Source: Patescibacteria group bacterium (GTDB taxonomy: Bacteria > Patescibacteriota > Patescibacteriia > Patescibacteriales > UBA12465). Taken from it: DNA of 64,000 nucleotides. Shown here piece after piece: positions 50,867 to 60,507 of the stretch (positions are counted from its first letter, which is position 1; each line of letters begins with the position of its first letter). The notes beneath the pieces are model-generated. The model searched no databases and was not told where the DNA came from. It worked only from the letters and a program-made list of their open reading frames with translations. The DNA lies in assembly GCA_041661685.1 (NCBI GenBank), contig JBAZTY010000001.1, positions 691 to 64,690 on the forward strand, in the 5' to 3' direction. The position numbers were made by a program, and so were the translations under genes.

Positions 50867-51874
50867 ATGTTTATCAAAAGAATCGGGATTGATCTCGGTA
50901 CAACCTATACTTTGATTCATCTGCCTAAGCGCGGTATCGTTATTAACGAGCCGAGCGTGGTGGCGGTTTCTATTCATGATAAGAAAATCTTGGCGGTCGG
51001 AAACGAAGCTAAGGATATGATCGGCCGTACTCCGGATACGATCATGGCCGTGCGCCCTTTGAAGGATGGGGTCATTGCCGATTATCGGGCGACCGAAGCC
51101 ATGATCCGTTATTTCATTAATAAAACTTTAGGAGGCATCCGCTTATTCCGTCCGGAAGTCATGGTGGCTGTGCCGGCGGGCATTTCGTCTACCGAACGCC
51201 GCGCGGTCATCGAAGCGACTATCGCCGCTGGCGCTAAAGCCGCTTATATCATCAAGGAGCCAGTAGCGGCGGCTATCGGCGCTGATATTCCTATCGGCTC
51301 GGCTACCGGACATATGGTCATAGATATCGGCGGCGGAACGGCGGAAATGGCCGTCATCTCTTTAGGGGGCATTGTCGCATCTACTTCTGTGCGCGTCGGC
51401 GGCAATAAGTTCGATGCCGCGATTTTAGAATATATCCGCAAGAAATATAACCTGGCTATCGGCGAAAGGACGGCCGAAGAAATCAAGATCAATATCGGCT
51501 CTGCTTTATATATGGAAGATAAATTATATTTGGAAATACGCGGCCGCGATATCGTGACCGGCTTGCCGCGTAGCCTGACTGTTTCAAGCGACGACGTGAC
51601 TGAAGCTATTCAGAATGAATTGGAAGCGATTATCGCCGCGGCTAAGAAGGTGCTGCAGAAGACGCCGCCGGAGTTATCGGCGGATATCATGGATAAGGGC
51701 ATAGTCCTGACTGGCGGCAGCTCCTTGCTCCGCAATATCGATCAATTGATCGCTCGCACGACTGGCGTCTCCGCTTATGTCGCCGATGATGCCATGCTTT
51801 GCGTCGCCAAGGGCACCGGTATCGCGCTTGATAATTTGGATTCTTATAAACGCAGCATTCTAGCAACTAAATAA
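50867..51874 (+). CDS. mreB: second MreB paralog
   Basis: IGIDLGTTYT, VIDIGGGTAEMAVISLGG and LTGGSSLLRNID. ATG 50867 is preferred over the track's TTG 50861. Confidence 0.85.
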   Translation: MFIKRIGIDLGTTYTLIHLPKRGIVINEPSVVAVSIHDKKILAVGNEAKDMIGRTPDTIMAVRPLKDGVIADYRATEAMIRYFINKTLGGIRLFRPEVMVAVPAGISSTERRAVIEATIAAGAKAAYIIKEPVAAAIGADIPIGSATGHMVIDIGGGTAEMAVISLGGIVASTSVRVGGNKFDAAILEYIRKKYNLAIGERTAEEIKINIGSALYMEDKLYLEIRGRDIVTGLPRSLTVSSDDVTEAIQNELEAIIAAAKKVLQKTPPELSADIMDKGIVLTGGSSLLRNIDQLIARTTGVSAYVADDAMLCVAKGTGIALDNLDSYKRSILATK

Positions 51875-51912
51875 TTAGCGGGTCAGGGATGATCGGCTAA
51901 TTTTTATTTATT

Positions 51913-53127
51913 ATGATAATCGGGATTGACGCCTCGCGCGCTAACTTGCTCCATAAGACTGGTACCGAATGGTACTCTTTTTACTTGATTAAGAATCTGG
52001 CGGAGATAGATAAGGTTAATACTTATTGGCTTTATCTTAATCAGCCGGCGCAGCCGGAATTAGCGGAGACGGTCAAGAATAATTCTAATTTTTCCTTCAA
52101 GCTCTTAAAGTGGCCATTCTTTTCTTTCTGGACTCTCGGCCGCCTGACTTTGGAGATGCTTTATCATCGTCCGGATGTTTTATTCATTCCGGCTCATACT
52201 TTGCCGCTATTTGGTCCGCGCCGCACCGTCAACACTATTCATGATATCGCTTTTGTCCGTGAGCAGAATCTTTATCGGGCGGTCAAGGCGAAGACCAGTA
52301 TAGTCGGAACGCGCCAGCTGATTAATTTTTTCGTCAGACTTCTGACCCTGGGGCGTTATCGCTCCGATTCCGTCGATTATCTTTATTGGTCGACCGCTTT
52401 CGCCCTGCATCATGCCCAGAAGATCATCGCCGTCTCCGAATTCACTAAGCAGGATATCTTAAATCTCTATCCCAAGACTCCGGCTAGCAAGGTGGCCGTC
52501 GTCCATAACGGCTATAATGATAAGCTTTATCGCCGTTTGCCGGAAAACCCGGAGAAAACTGCGGCTGTTCTAGATAAATACGGTTTAGAAGCCCCCTATT
52601 TCTTGTATATCGGCCGTTTGGAAAAGAAAAAAAATATTCCGGCTTTAGTCGAGGCGTTCGCCTACTTGCGAGAGAATCATTCGGATATGAAAGCCAAGCT
52701 AGTTCTTATCGGCGATGCCGGTTTCGGATTTGATGAGATAAAGTATACTATTGAGGAGTTCAATCTCAATAACCAGGTAACCATGCCCGGCTGGGTAGCC
52801 GAAGAGGACATGCCTTATGTCATGAACGCTGCCGCCGCCTTTATTTTTCCATCTAAGCATGAAGGTTTCGGCATCCCGGTTTTGCAATCCCTGGCTTGCG
52901 GTATCCCGACCGCCGTTTCCGATATTCCTGTTCTCAGAGAAGTCGCTGGCGACGCTGCTTTATATTTCGATCAGAACGATAAGCGGGCGATAGCGGAGGC
53001 GATGGGGCGGATATTATCCGATAATGAGCTGAGAGAAAGCTTGATTTTGAAAGGGCTGGAACAGGCTAAGAAATTCAGCTGGCGCCGCTGTGCCGAAGAA
53101 ACTTTAGAGGTTATTACGAGCCTGTAA
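51913..53127 (+). CDS. glycosyltransferase family 4
   Basis: FIFPSKHEGFGIPVLQSLACGIPTAVSDIPVLREV (GT4 E-x7-E region). Confidence 0.85.
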   Translation: MIIGIDASRANLLHKTGTEWYSFYLIKNLAEIDKVNTYWLYLNQPAQPELAETVKNNSNFSFKLLKWPFFSFWTLGRLTLEMLYHRPDVLFIPAHTLPLFGPRRTVNTIHDIAFVREQNLYRAVKAKTSIVGTRQLINFFVRLLTLGRYRSDSVDYLYWSTAFALHHAQKIIAVSEFTKQDILNLYPKTPASKVAVVHNGYNDKLYRRLPENPEKTAAVLDKYGLEAPYFLYIGRLEKKKNIPALVEAFAYLRENHSDMKAKLVLIGDAGFGFDEIKYTIEEFNLNNQVTMPGWVAEEDMPYVMNAAAAFIFPSKHEGFGIPVLQSLACGIPTAVSDIPVLREVAGDAALYFDQNDKRAIAEAMGRILSDNELRESLILKGLEQAKKFSWRRCAEETLEVITSL

Positions 53128-53162
53128 ATAATAATTAAGATATGTTAGTATTAAGGTGTTAT

Positions 53163-55193
53163 ATGAAGAAATTGATAACATCTTTTTTTATTCTGTCCCT
53201 TTTTTTGGCAGAACCTGTTTTGGCTAATATTACGCCGAACGATTTTTATTATGGTAATCAATGGTACCTATCGAAGATTAAGGCGGACAGCGCCTGGGAT
53301 AAGATTACTGGCAGCCCGGATATGGTGATTGCGGTCATTGATTCCGGCATTCAGGTCAATCATCCTGACCTGAAAGATAATATTTGGAAGAATGCTCGAG
53401 AGATTTTTGGCAATAATATTGATGATGACGGTAATGGTTTTATTGATGATGTGAGCGGCTGGGATTTCGTCAATAATGCTCCGGATCCATCACCGAAATT
53501 CACGGTGGGCTGGACCGAGGCCGGAGTTTCTCACGGTACGATGGTCGCCGGCATCATCGCCGCGCGCGGCAACAACAGCGAAGGCGTCGCCGGCATTACC
53601 TGGCAGGCGCAAATCATGGCTCTTAAAGTTTTGAATGATAAGGGTGAAGGCAAATTGAGCAATGTTATCCGGGCAATCGATTATGCGATTGCTAACGGCG
53701 CCGATATAATAAATCTTAGTTTTGTTTCTTTTACTTATAGCGATGGCATGCAGGAGGCGATACGCCGGGCGCACAAGGCTGGCATTATGATTGTGGCTGC
53801 CGCCGGCAACGAACAGGCGGATGGCGTCGGTTATGATATTGAGAAGACCCCTATCTATCCAGCTTGTTATGACGGCGAACTCATCGGCGAGAATATGGTG
53901 ATCGGCGTGGCCGCGACTGATGCGCTGGATCAGAAAGCGAAATTTTCTAGCTATGGTTCGCGCTGCGTTGATCTGGTCGCTCCCGGCATCAGCTTTTTTA
54001 GCGCCGTAACTGCCGGCAGCGTAGTTGATTTTTCCAATAAACTCTATGACGGCTACTGGTCGGGGACTTCCATGGCGGCGCCGCAAGTGACCGCAACCCT
54101 AGCCTTGATTGCCCAAGCTAATTCAGAATTGAGTCGTCGCGAGATAGTTAATATCCTCTTCGCTTCCACTGATAATATCAGTCGGCTGAATCCTGATTAT
54201 GCAGGCCAGTTAGGTAACGGACGCTTGAATGTCAATCGAGCCGTCGAGATGGCCAAAGAGAAATTATATAGCCGTGTCGGCCGTATAGTCGTCTTGCCGC
54301 AGAGCTCTGCCAAGAGCAAACAGCCTAAGCTTACGGCTGCTACTGGAGACCTGGCTGATAAGTTGCCTCTGGATATCAAGGGCGGAGAAAGCGTAGCGAT
54401 AGGAGACGTCAACGGCGATGGCTTGGAGGAGATAGTCATCGGCGCGGGAACGAGCGGTGAGCCGAAAATCATGATTTATAGCGAAAGCGGCCGGTTGATT
54501 AAGCAGATTCTGGCATATGATAAATATTTTCGCGGCGGCGTGAGCGTCGCCTTAGTAGATATTAACGGCGATGAACAGATGGAAATCGCCGCCGCCCAAG
54601 CAGCGCGAGGCACGGGCCAAGTGAAGATTTTTAATTATAGCGGGCAGCTAAAGAAGCAATTCTTAGTCGATAGCCGGTATTGGCGCGGCGGGCTTAATCT
54701 AGCGGCTGGCGATATCGATGGCAATGGCGATCAAGAGATAGTAGCCGCTTACGGCGCTGGCTCCGAGCCGATGATCAAGATGTTCCACACTGACGGGAAG
54801 ATTCTGGGCGCTTTCCTGGCTTATGAAAAGAAATTTCGCGGCGGAGTGAAAGTGGCCGTCGCGAATTTAAATGGTCGTAAGAACCACAATCAGGCGGATA
54901 TTATTGTTTCTCCCGGAAAAGGCCGAGACCCGCAAATTAAGATATTTGATAATCACGGCATCATGACTCGCCAGTTTTTAGCTTATAGCCGTAATTGGCA
55001 GGGCGGGGTGAATCTGTCCGCCGGCGATTTGAATAACGACGGTTTGCCGGAGATAGCAACCGCTGCCCAGGCGGGGGCCGCGCCGCATGTCCGTGTTTTC
55101 AGCGCTCGCGGTGAATTAATGGAATCATTTTACGCCTGGGAAGAAAACTGGAATGGCGGCGTTAATATTGGTATAATAAAGATCAGTAACTAA
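53163..55193 (+). CDS. secreted subtilisin-like (S8) serine protease fused to FG-GAP/VCBS-type repeats
   Basis: Signal peptide. Catalytic-triad contexts VIAVIDSGI (D), SHGTMVAGIIAA (H) and GTSMAAPQVTA (S). The C-terminal half has at least four repeats of the type GDVNGDGLEEIVIGAG, VDINGDEQMEIAAA, GDIDGNGDQEIVAA, GDLNNDGLPEIATAA. Confidence 0.85.
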   Translation: MKKLITSFFILSLFLAEPVLANITPNDFYYGNQWYLSKIKADSAWDKITGSPDMVIAVIDSGIQVNHPDLKDNIWKNAREIFGNNIDDDGNGFIDDVSGWDFVNNAPDPSPKFTVGWTEAGVSHGTMVAGIIAARGNNSEGVAGITWQAQIMALKVLNDKGEGKLSNVIRAIDYAIANGADIINLSFVSFTYSDGMQEAIRRAHKAGIMIVAAAGNEQADGVGYDIEKTPIYPACYDGELIGENMVIGVAATDALDQKAKFSSYGSRCVDLVAPGISFFSAVTAGSVVDFSNKLYDGYWSGTSMAAPQVTATLALIAQANSELSRREIVNILFASTDNISRLNPDYAGQLGNGRLNVNRAVEMAKEKLYSRVGRIVVLPQSSAKSKQPKLTAATGDLADKLPLDIKGGESVAIGDVNGDGLEEIVIGAGTSGEPKIMIYSESGRLIKQILAYDKYFRGGVSVALVDINGDEQMEIAAAQAARGTGQVKIFNYSGQLKKQFLVDSRYWRGGLNLAAGDIDGNGDQEIVAAYGAGSEPMIKMFHTDGKILGAFLAYEKKFRGGVKVAVANLNGRKNHNQADIIVSPGKGRDPQIKIFDNHGIMTRQFLAYSRNWQGGVNLSAGDLNNDGLPEIATAAQAGAAPHVRVFSARGELMESFYAWEENWNGGVNIGIIKISN

Positions 55194-55200
55194 TAACTAT

Positions 55201-56223
55201 ATGTCTAAACAAGTCATCTTTGATAAGAAGAACATCCTTGTCGCTGGCGGCGCCGGTTTTATCGGCTCCCATCTTTGCGACGAGCTGCTTAAGACCGATA
55301 AAGTCATCTGCGTGGATAACTTTATTACCGGCAACGAACGCAATATTGATCATCTGCTCGCCAATCCCGATTTTATTTTCATCAATTATGACCTGTCCAA
55401 GCCTCTAGATCTGGAAGCGATTCCGGAATTGAAAAAATTTAAGATAGAATTCCAGGGCCTGCAAGAGATTTATAATCTGGCTTGTCCGATGTCGCCGCGC
55501 CGTTTTCTGGAAAATCGCTTAGCCGCTATCATGGCTAATTCATATGTCGTCAAGAATCTTCTAGATATGGCCGTAAAGTACAACTCTAAGCTGCTGCAAT
55601 TTTCATCTTCGGTCGTCTATGGCCCGCGCCGAGCAGATAATCCAGAATTAAAAGTGAAGGAAACTGATTTGGGCGCAGTCGATCAATTATCAGAACGCAG
55701 TTCTTATGACGAAGGCAAGCGTTTTGCCGAAACCATAGTTAGCAATTATCGGTCTCTCTATAATGTCGATGCGCGTATCATGCGCCTTTTTCGCGTCTAC
55801 GGACCGCGCATGGAAGCTAACGACGATCAGATGATTCCTGATTTCATCAAGAATGCCCTAGATAATAATGATGTAATTATCAATGGCGACGAAAAATTTT
55901 CTTCGTCTTTCTGCTATATCGACGACATTATTGATGCGGTTGGAAAATTCATGAATTCTGAACTTTCCGGTCCGATTAATGTCGGCTCTGATGTGGACAC
56001 TAATCTGACTGATATGGTCAAGATGATCATTTCGCTGACGGATTCAAGCTCTAAAATCACCTATGCCGAGAATAAACTGTTCCTGAGCGAATTAGTCCTG
56101 CCCGATATCCATCAGGCGCGCAACGAGCTCGGCTGGATGCCGGTCGTGACGCTCGAGAACGGATTAAAGAAGACAATTTTTGATATTGAGGCCAATAAGA
56201 GATTACAGGGATTCGGATCCTAA
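55201..56223 (+). CDS. NAD-dependent epimerase/dehydratase, UDP-glucuronate decarboxylase-like
   Basis: ILVAGGAGFIGSHLCDEL and SSYDEGKRFAE (YxxxK in a UXS-like context). Confidence 0.8.
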   Translation: MSKQVIFDKKNILVAGGAGFIGSHLCDELLKTDKVICVDNFITGNERNIDHLLANPDFIFINYDLSKPLDLEAIPELKKFKIEFQGLQEIYNLACPMSPRRFLENRLAAIMANSYVVKNLLDMAVKYNSKLLQFSSSVVYGPRRADNPELKVKETDLGAVDQLSERSSYDEGKRFAETIVSNYRSLYNVDARIMRLFRVYGPRMEANDDQMIPDFIKNALDNNDVIINGDEKFSSSFCYIDDIIDAVGKFMNSELSGPINVGSDVDTNLTDMVKMIISLTDSSSKITYAENKLFLSELVLPDIHQARNELGWMPVVTLENGLKKTIFDIEANKRLQGFGS

Positions 56224-57284
56224 TTAGCCATCAGGAGTATTTTTCCGATCAGATCGTTTTCATTCCCCGGCGCAAATAAGAGATCATCCTTTTCTATCAG
56301 TTCCGGAATGCCGCCGAGACGGGAAGCGATAACCGGCAGGCCAGCGGCATGGGCGCCATAAATAGTCGTCGGCGAATTCTCATAGCATAAAGAGGGAACG
56401 ATCAAACAATCGCTCTCTTTTTTTATTTTTTCCGTCTCTTCATAAGAAAGCGGCCCTAGGATTTTAATACGCGCATCAGCTTTTGCCTCGGTTCGCGCTT
56501 TTTCTAGACTGCTGCCGCCGCCACGGATGGCAATCGTCAAAGTCAATTCCGGCCCATTTATCTTTTTAAAAGCGTTTATTAATAAGAATATTCCTTTTTG
56601 TTCTTCAATCTGGCCGATGAATAGGAAATTTTTAGCGGGGCCATTTTTAGTTTGGGACGCGGTTTCCATTCCTGGCCAGATGAAAGGGCGGACTTCTTGT
56701 TTAGAATCTTTAAAAAAACCACGCTGTTTATGCATTTCTAAAAGCCAATCGGAAGGGGAAATGATTTTATCCGGAGAAGAGAAAAGCAGGCGCGTCAAAG
56801 CCTGATATACTTTGGCGCCAAAATTATTTATCTTTTCTTCTTGTCCGAAGATCATTAGTCCCGAGGGATGAAGGAGCTGGATGTCGTGCAGGAAATGCTC
56901 GTGGCGGACAAGCAGTTTTTTTAAAACGACCGGAGTCATAAAACCTAGGCCCATCAGGTTATGAGTGACGACTAGGTCGGGCTTTTCCGATTCCAGGATG
57001 GTTTTTATCTGGCGCGCCTTGCCGAAAGAAAAAATATCGCCGATATGCCAGCTAGCGCGATAGCAACGAGAATGCTTATTCAAGTTATAGAATTCGGAGT
57101 CGATGTAATATATCTTTTCTGCGGTGGTTTTTGCTTCGTCATTACCGGCGATTTTCGGGCGCGTCGCGATCAAGAAAACCTGGTGTCCGGATTTTCGAAA
57201 ATCATCAGCCATGAGCTTAACGGCTGTTTCTGCGCCGCCGCGGCTGTATTCCCCGTATAGATTATGCATCAAGCCTATCTTCAT
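56220..57284 (-). CDS. glycosyltransferase family 4
   Basis: MKIGLMHNLYGEYSRGGAE N-terminus. C-terminal LIVPSLCYENSPTTIYGAHAAGLPVIASRLGGIPELI. Its stop overlaps the convergent gene's stop. Confidence 0.85.
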   Translation of the reverse strand: MKIGLMHNLYGEYSRGGAETAVKLMADDFRKSGHQVFLIATRPKIAGNDEAKTTAEKIYYIDSEFYNLNKHSRCYRASWHIGDIFSFGKARQIKTILESEKPDLVVTHNLMGLGFMTPVVLKKLLVRHEHFLHDIQLLHPSGLMIFGQEEKINNFGAKVYQALTRLLFSSPDKIISPSDWLLEMHKQRGFFKDSKQEVRPFIWPGMETASQTKNGPAKNFLFIGQIEEQKGIFLLINAFKKINGPELTLTIAIRGGGSSLEKARTEAKADARIKILGPLSYEETEKIKKESDCLIVPSLCYENSPTTIYGAHAAGLPVIASRLGGIPELIEKDDLLFAPGNENDLIGKILLMAN

Positions 57285-57285
57285 A

Positions 57286-58413
57286 TCATTTGAATAATTC
57301 CCTAAACTTAGTTTTCATCAGATTATCGCCATATTTTTTTTCCGCCAGAGCCCTGGCTTTTTCTGCCATTTCTCCAGGCCTAAGCTTGTCACTCATGAAT
57401 AGCCTTAGCTTCTGTTCTAGATCAAAAACGCTTCCGGGTTCAATCAGCAATCCTTCTTCGCCGTCGTTAAAAACCTGGCGGACGCCGGGCAAATTAGAAG
57501 CCATAACTGGAGCGCCACAGGCTAGAGCCTCTATCAGGACGATGCCGAAGGCTTCATTGCCGTTAATCGAGGGCAGTATCAAAAGATCAGCTTTCTGATA
57601 AGCGCGGACAAGCTCGGTTTCGCTTAATTTTCCGACGAAGCGGACTTTTTTATTAAGATTCAGTCGCAGCGCCAGCGCTTCATATTCTGGGCGTTTGTCG
57701 CCTTCGCCGGCGATAGTTAGTTCAAAATTAAGGCCGCCTAGGCCGGCAGCAGCGCGTAATAATACGTCTACCCCTTTAAAATAATGGGCCGTGTCGAGCG
57801 CGCCGACGAATAATAAATCGAAGCGATCCTTCTTGATGAATTTAGCGCTGACAAAATTTACTATTTCCTTAGCTTTAGCTAGGAGGATATTATTAGCTGG
57901 CGTCTTCATTCCACTCGGTCGGAATTTATCTAGATCGACGGAAAAGGGTATCTCGCGGAATTTTTCCGGGTGAGCCCCGTAGCCATCTTTTATCTGGCTA
58001 TGTTTTACATAATCCAGGCTGGCTGTGACAATCAACTCCGCCTGTTTTAGCAGGGAGGCGCGGATGAAGCGGCTAGGCAGGCTTAGTATCTTAGCTAGCG
58101 GATTCAAACCGACGACGTCCATATGATAATGGATTATCAATTTTGGTTTCTTATGAAATATTTTGAAAAGCCAGACGATTTCTGCTGTGCCGAAATACGG
58201 ATAATGAAGATAGATATAGTCGAATGATTTCAAGCGCCAGAGCAGGGAGCCCAAAACAGAACCGTGGCCATATTTCAGCCACGGTTTTGTATTATAAGGC
58301 GTGAAGTCGATGACTTCATGTTCGGTTCTTAGTATCTGGCTGATTCGATCGGCGCTGTTGCCCATACCGCCGGCATAAGGCGGGAAAGCGCAGACGATAG
58401 AAGCGATTTTCAT
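57286..58413 (-). CDS. glycosyltransferase family 4
   Basis: LILPSINGNEAFGIVLIEALACGAPVMASNLPGVRQV. Confidence 0.85.
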   Translation of the reverse strand: MKIASIVCAFPPYAGGMGNSADRISQILRTEHEVIDFTPYNTKPWLKYGHGSVLGSLLWRLKSFDYIYLHYPYFGTAEIVWLFKIFHKKPKLIIHYHMDVVGLNPLAKILSLPSRFIRASLLKQAELIVTASLDYVKHSQIKDGYGAHPEKFREIPFSVDLDKFRPSGMKTPANNILLAKAKEIVNFVSAKFIKKDRFDLLFVGALDTAHYFKGVDVLLRAAAGLGGLNFELTIAGEGDKRPEYEALALRLNLNKKVRFVGKLSETELVRAYQKADLLILPSINGNEAFGIVLIEALACGAPVMASNLPGVRQVFNDGEEGLLIEPGSVFDLEQKLRLFMSDKLRPGEMAEKARALAEKKYGDNLMKTKFRELFK

Positions 58414-58415
58414 GT

Positions 58416-58736
58416 TTATTTCTTTAAGGTTATCTGGCGGACGATTTCGGTGAGACTCCTGTCCATCTTAGCTAGATCAAGTCTGAGCCGGAAGACCAGA
58501 TAGAATAAGGCCAAGACCGCAATATAGATCAAGAAGTTGATGCCGCTGCCGGAAAAGCCGAGCCAGGCAACGAGACGGTCGATCTGTTTGATAAAGATGA
58601 TGGCCGCCGCGGCGATTAGCCAAAAGACGAGCCATAAGGTGAATTCATTATTGCTAATTTGATTTTTCTTTTTTTGCGTGACTAGGCGGAAAATAAAGAA
58701 GATGATGATAACGATAGCGATTATCTGCTGCAGCAT
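58416..58736 (-). CDS. small membrane protein, DUF2304-like
   Basis: 106 aa with 3 TM helices, immediately downstream of a DPM1-like GT2. That context is typical for DUF2304. Family call is tentative. Confidence 0.5.
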   Translation of the reverse strand: MLQQIIAIVIIIFFIFRLVTQKKKNQISNNEFTLWLVFWLIAAAAIIFIKQIDRLVAWLGFSGSGINFLIYIAVLALFYLVFRLRLDLAKMDRSLTEIVRQITLKK

Positions 58737-58756
58737 AAATTTGTCTTTAAGCTTAT

Positions 58757-59419
58757 TTATTTTATTATTTTATGGATCAATAGGTCTTTAGCGACCCGGA
58801 AACCGCCGGATAGCTTTTGGCCGAAATGATGATAGATGACGGTGATCGGAACTTCGGCGACTCTTAATTTTTCTTGGAAGGCCTTTATCTGGATCTCACT
58901 GTTATGGGCCATCTCTCGATTATTTATCCTAATCTTTTCGGCGGCCAAGCGGCTCATCGCCCGGAAGCCGTTCTGCGGGTCGCTCAGTTTTATGCCCAGT
59001 ATTACGCGAGTGAAGATTTGTGCGAGCGGCATAATCAGGTATTTCTTGACCGGCGGCAGATTCGCTTTCTTGCCTAAGAAGCGGGAACCGAAGACGATAT
59101 CGGCGCTTCCTTCTCTTATCGGCGCGGTCATATCTTTTATTTCCGTGGCCAAGAATTGATCGTCGGCATCGAAATGGACGATGATATCGGCGCCATGGTC
59201 GAGAGCATAATCGTTTCCGGTCTGAAGCGCTGCGCCCTGGCCGCGATTGATCGGATGGCGGAAGACGGTTGCGCCGGCTATCTCGGCGGCCGCAGCAGTA
59301 TCGTCGCCAGAGCCGTCGTCTATGACAACGATCTCATCGACAAAAGGCCGGGCGCCGGCAATGACTTTAGCGATATTTTTTCCTTCGTTCCAAGCAGGGA
59401 TGACGCAGATTATCTTCAT
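58757..59419 (-). CDS. glycosyltransferase family 2 (polyprenyl-phosphate sugar synthase-like)
   Basis: ICVIPAWNEGKNIAKVI, VVIDDGSGDDT, HFDADDQ (DxD). Short 220-aa DPM1-like architecture. Confidence 0.85.
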   Translation of the reverse strand: MKIICVIPAWNEGKNIAKVIAGARPFVDEIVVIDDGSGDDTAAAAEIAGATVFRHPINRGQGAALQTGNDYALDHGADIIVHFDADDQFLATEIKDMTAPIREGSADIVFGSRFLGKKANLPPVKKYLIMPLAQIFTRVILGIKLSDPQNGFRAMSRLAAEKIRINNREMAHNSEIQIKAFQEKLRVAEVPITVIYHHFGQKLSGGFRVAKDLLIHKIIK

Positions 59420-60426
59420 ATTAATCCTTCTTTCGTTTTTTTTGTTCTGTCATGAGCGAGCGGACAGAAGCCATCTTTGAGCGCTGTCTTTTCTAGCTCT
59501 TCGCAATAACTCTCTGGTTTCTGCTCGTGCTTTTCGATAAGCAGTTTTTTCAGAGTCGGCGTAATTTGTAAGACTTCGAATAAGCCGATTTCTTTCCGTT
59601 GATCGCGGCTGGCTTTTCCGGACTTTCTTTTCATGGCGGCCAGGCGTTGATTTACGATCATCTTAAGGTTATCCAGCTTTAATTTCAAGGGCAGCTTCGC
59701 GGCCACGATATTATGAAGCGTTTCGAAAGAATCGGCAGCAGTCATGGTCCCGAAGACTAGTCGGCCGCTGTTAGCCGCTCGGATAGCGTATTCTAGCGAG
59801 TCAGGCTCATCCAGATCGTCAGTAAAGATTATTTCTGAATCTAGTTTGAGCAGTTTTTCCCAGTTAGTCTTGGTCGGAAGCAGGGAAGCGACTCCCGGAA
59901 TTTCATAGGCAGTTTGTTTTTGCAGGGAGTAGATGCTCTTGTTAGAATCGCCTAGTTCGAGAAGCAAGGAATTAAGCGTGGCACTCTTGCCTTCGCCTTC
60001 CGGAGAACTAATGATTACTAAGCCCGATTTCAGTTTCAGGGATTTCCTGATCTCTTGGAGCCCCGGCTTCTGCAGTCCGATCCTATTCAGGCGCCAGAGA
60101 GTGAACGGTCGGTCGATGAGATTGATGATGATTTTTTCTCCATTTGCTTCCGGCAGGATAGTCAGATAGAAATTAATGCAGCCGGATTTATGATGGAGCT
60201 TGCAGTATTTTTTAACAGTCAATTCCCCTGGAGCGATGGCCAGTATCTTTCTTAGGCTGGAGAATAATTCCGGGTCTAACTTCTTAGGCAAGATTAGGCT
60301 CTGCTTATCCCGTCCGGAAAAGTAGCAGTCTAGGACAAGCTGGTCGGCTCGTCTGGCGATGACCAGATTATCCGCCCCTTCGCCGGCGGCATAATTGAAT
60401 ATCTTGGTGATAATTTTTTGGCTCAT
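59416..60426 (-). CDS. degenerate GspE/PilB-family secretion ATPase-like protein
   Basis: Collinear with type II/IV secretion ATPases. Walker A-like SSPEGEGKSATL is retained. The Asp box, Walker B and His box positions are diverged: EIIFTDDLDEP, and SGRLVFGTMTAA where TGHLV.STLHTN is expected. ATGA overlap with the downstream GT2. Confidence 0.6.
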   Translation of the reverse strand: MSQKIITKIFNYAAGEGADNLVIARRADQLVLDCYFSGRDKQSLILPKKLDPELFSSLRKILAIAPGELTVKKYCKLHHKSGCINFYLTILPEANGEKIIINLIDRPFTLWRLNRIGLQKPGLQEIRKSLKLKSGLVIISSPEGEGKSATLNSLLLELGDSNKSIYSLQKQTAYEIPGVASLLPTKTNWEKLLKLDSEIIFTDDLDEPDSLEYAIRAANSGRLVFGTMTAADSFETLHNIVAAKLPLKLKLDNLKMIVNQRLAAMKRKSGKASRDQRKEIGLFEVLQITPTLKKLLIEKHEQKPESYCEELEKTALKDGFCPLAHDRTKKTKEGLI

Positions 60427-60507
60427 AATATCTTAATTATAACATAGTTTTGTATTATTTTAAAATGTGATAAACTGAAAATAAATAGATTATTCTCTTA
60501 TCTTTTT

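Noticed and set aside
51875-51912. ATTAGC...GCTAAT plus a T-run after the second mreB, considered as a terminator.
   Set aside because: The stem is only 6 bp with a loop of about 18 nt. That is not convincing enough to list as a feature.
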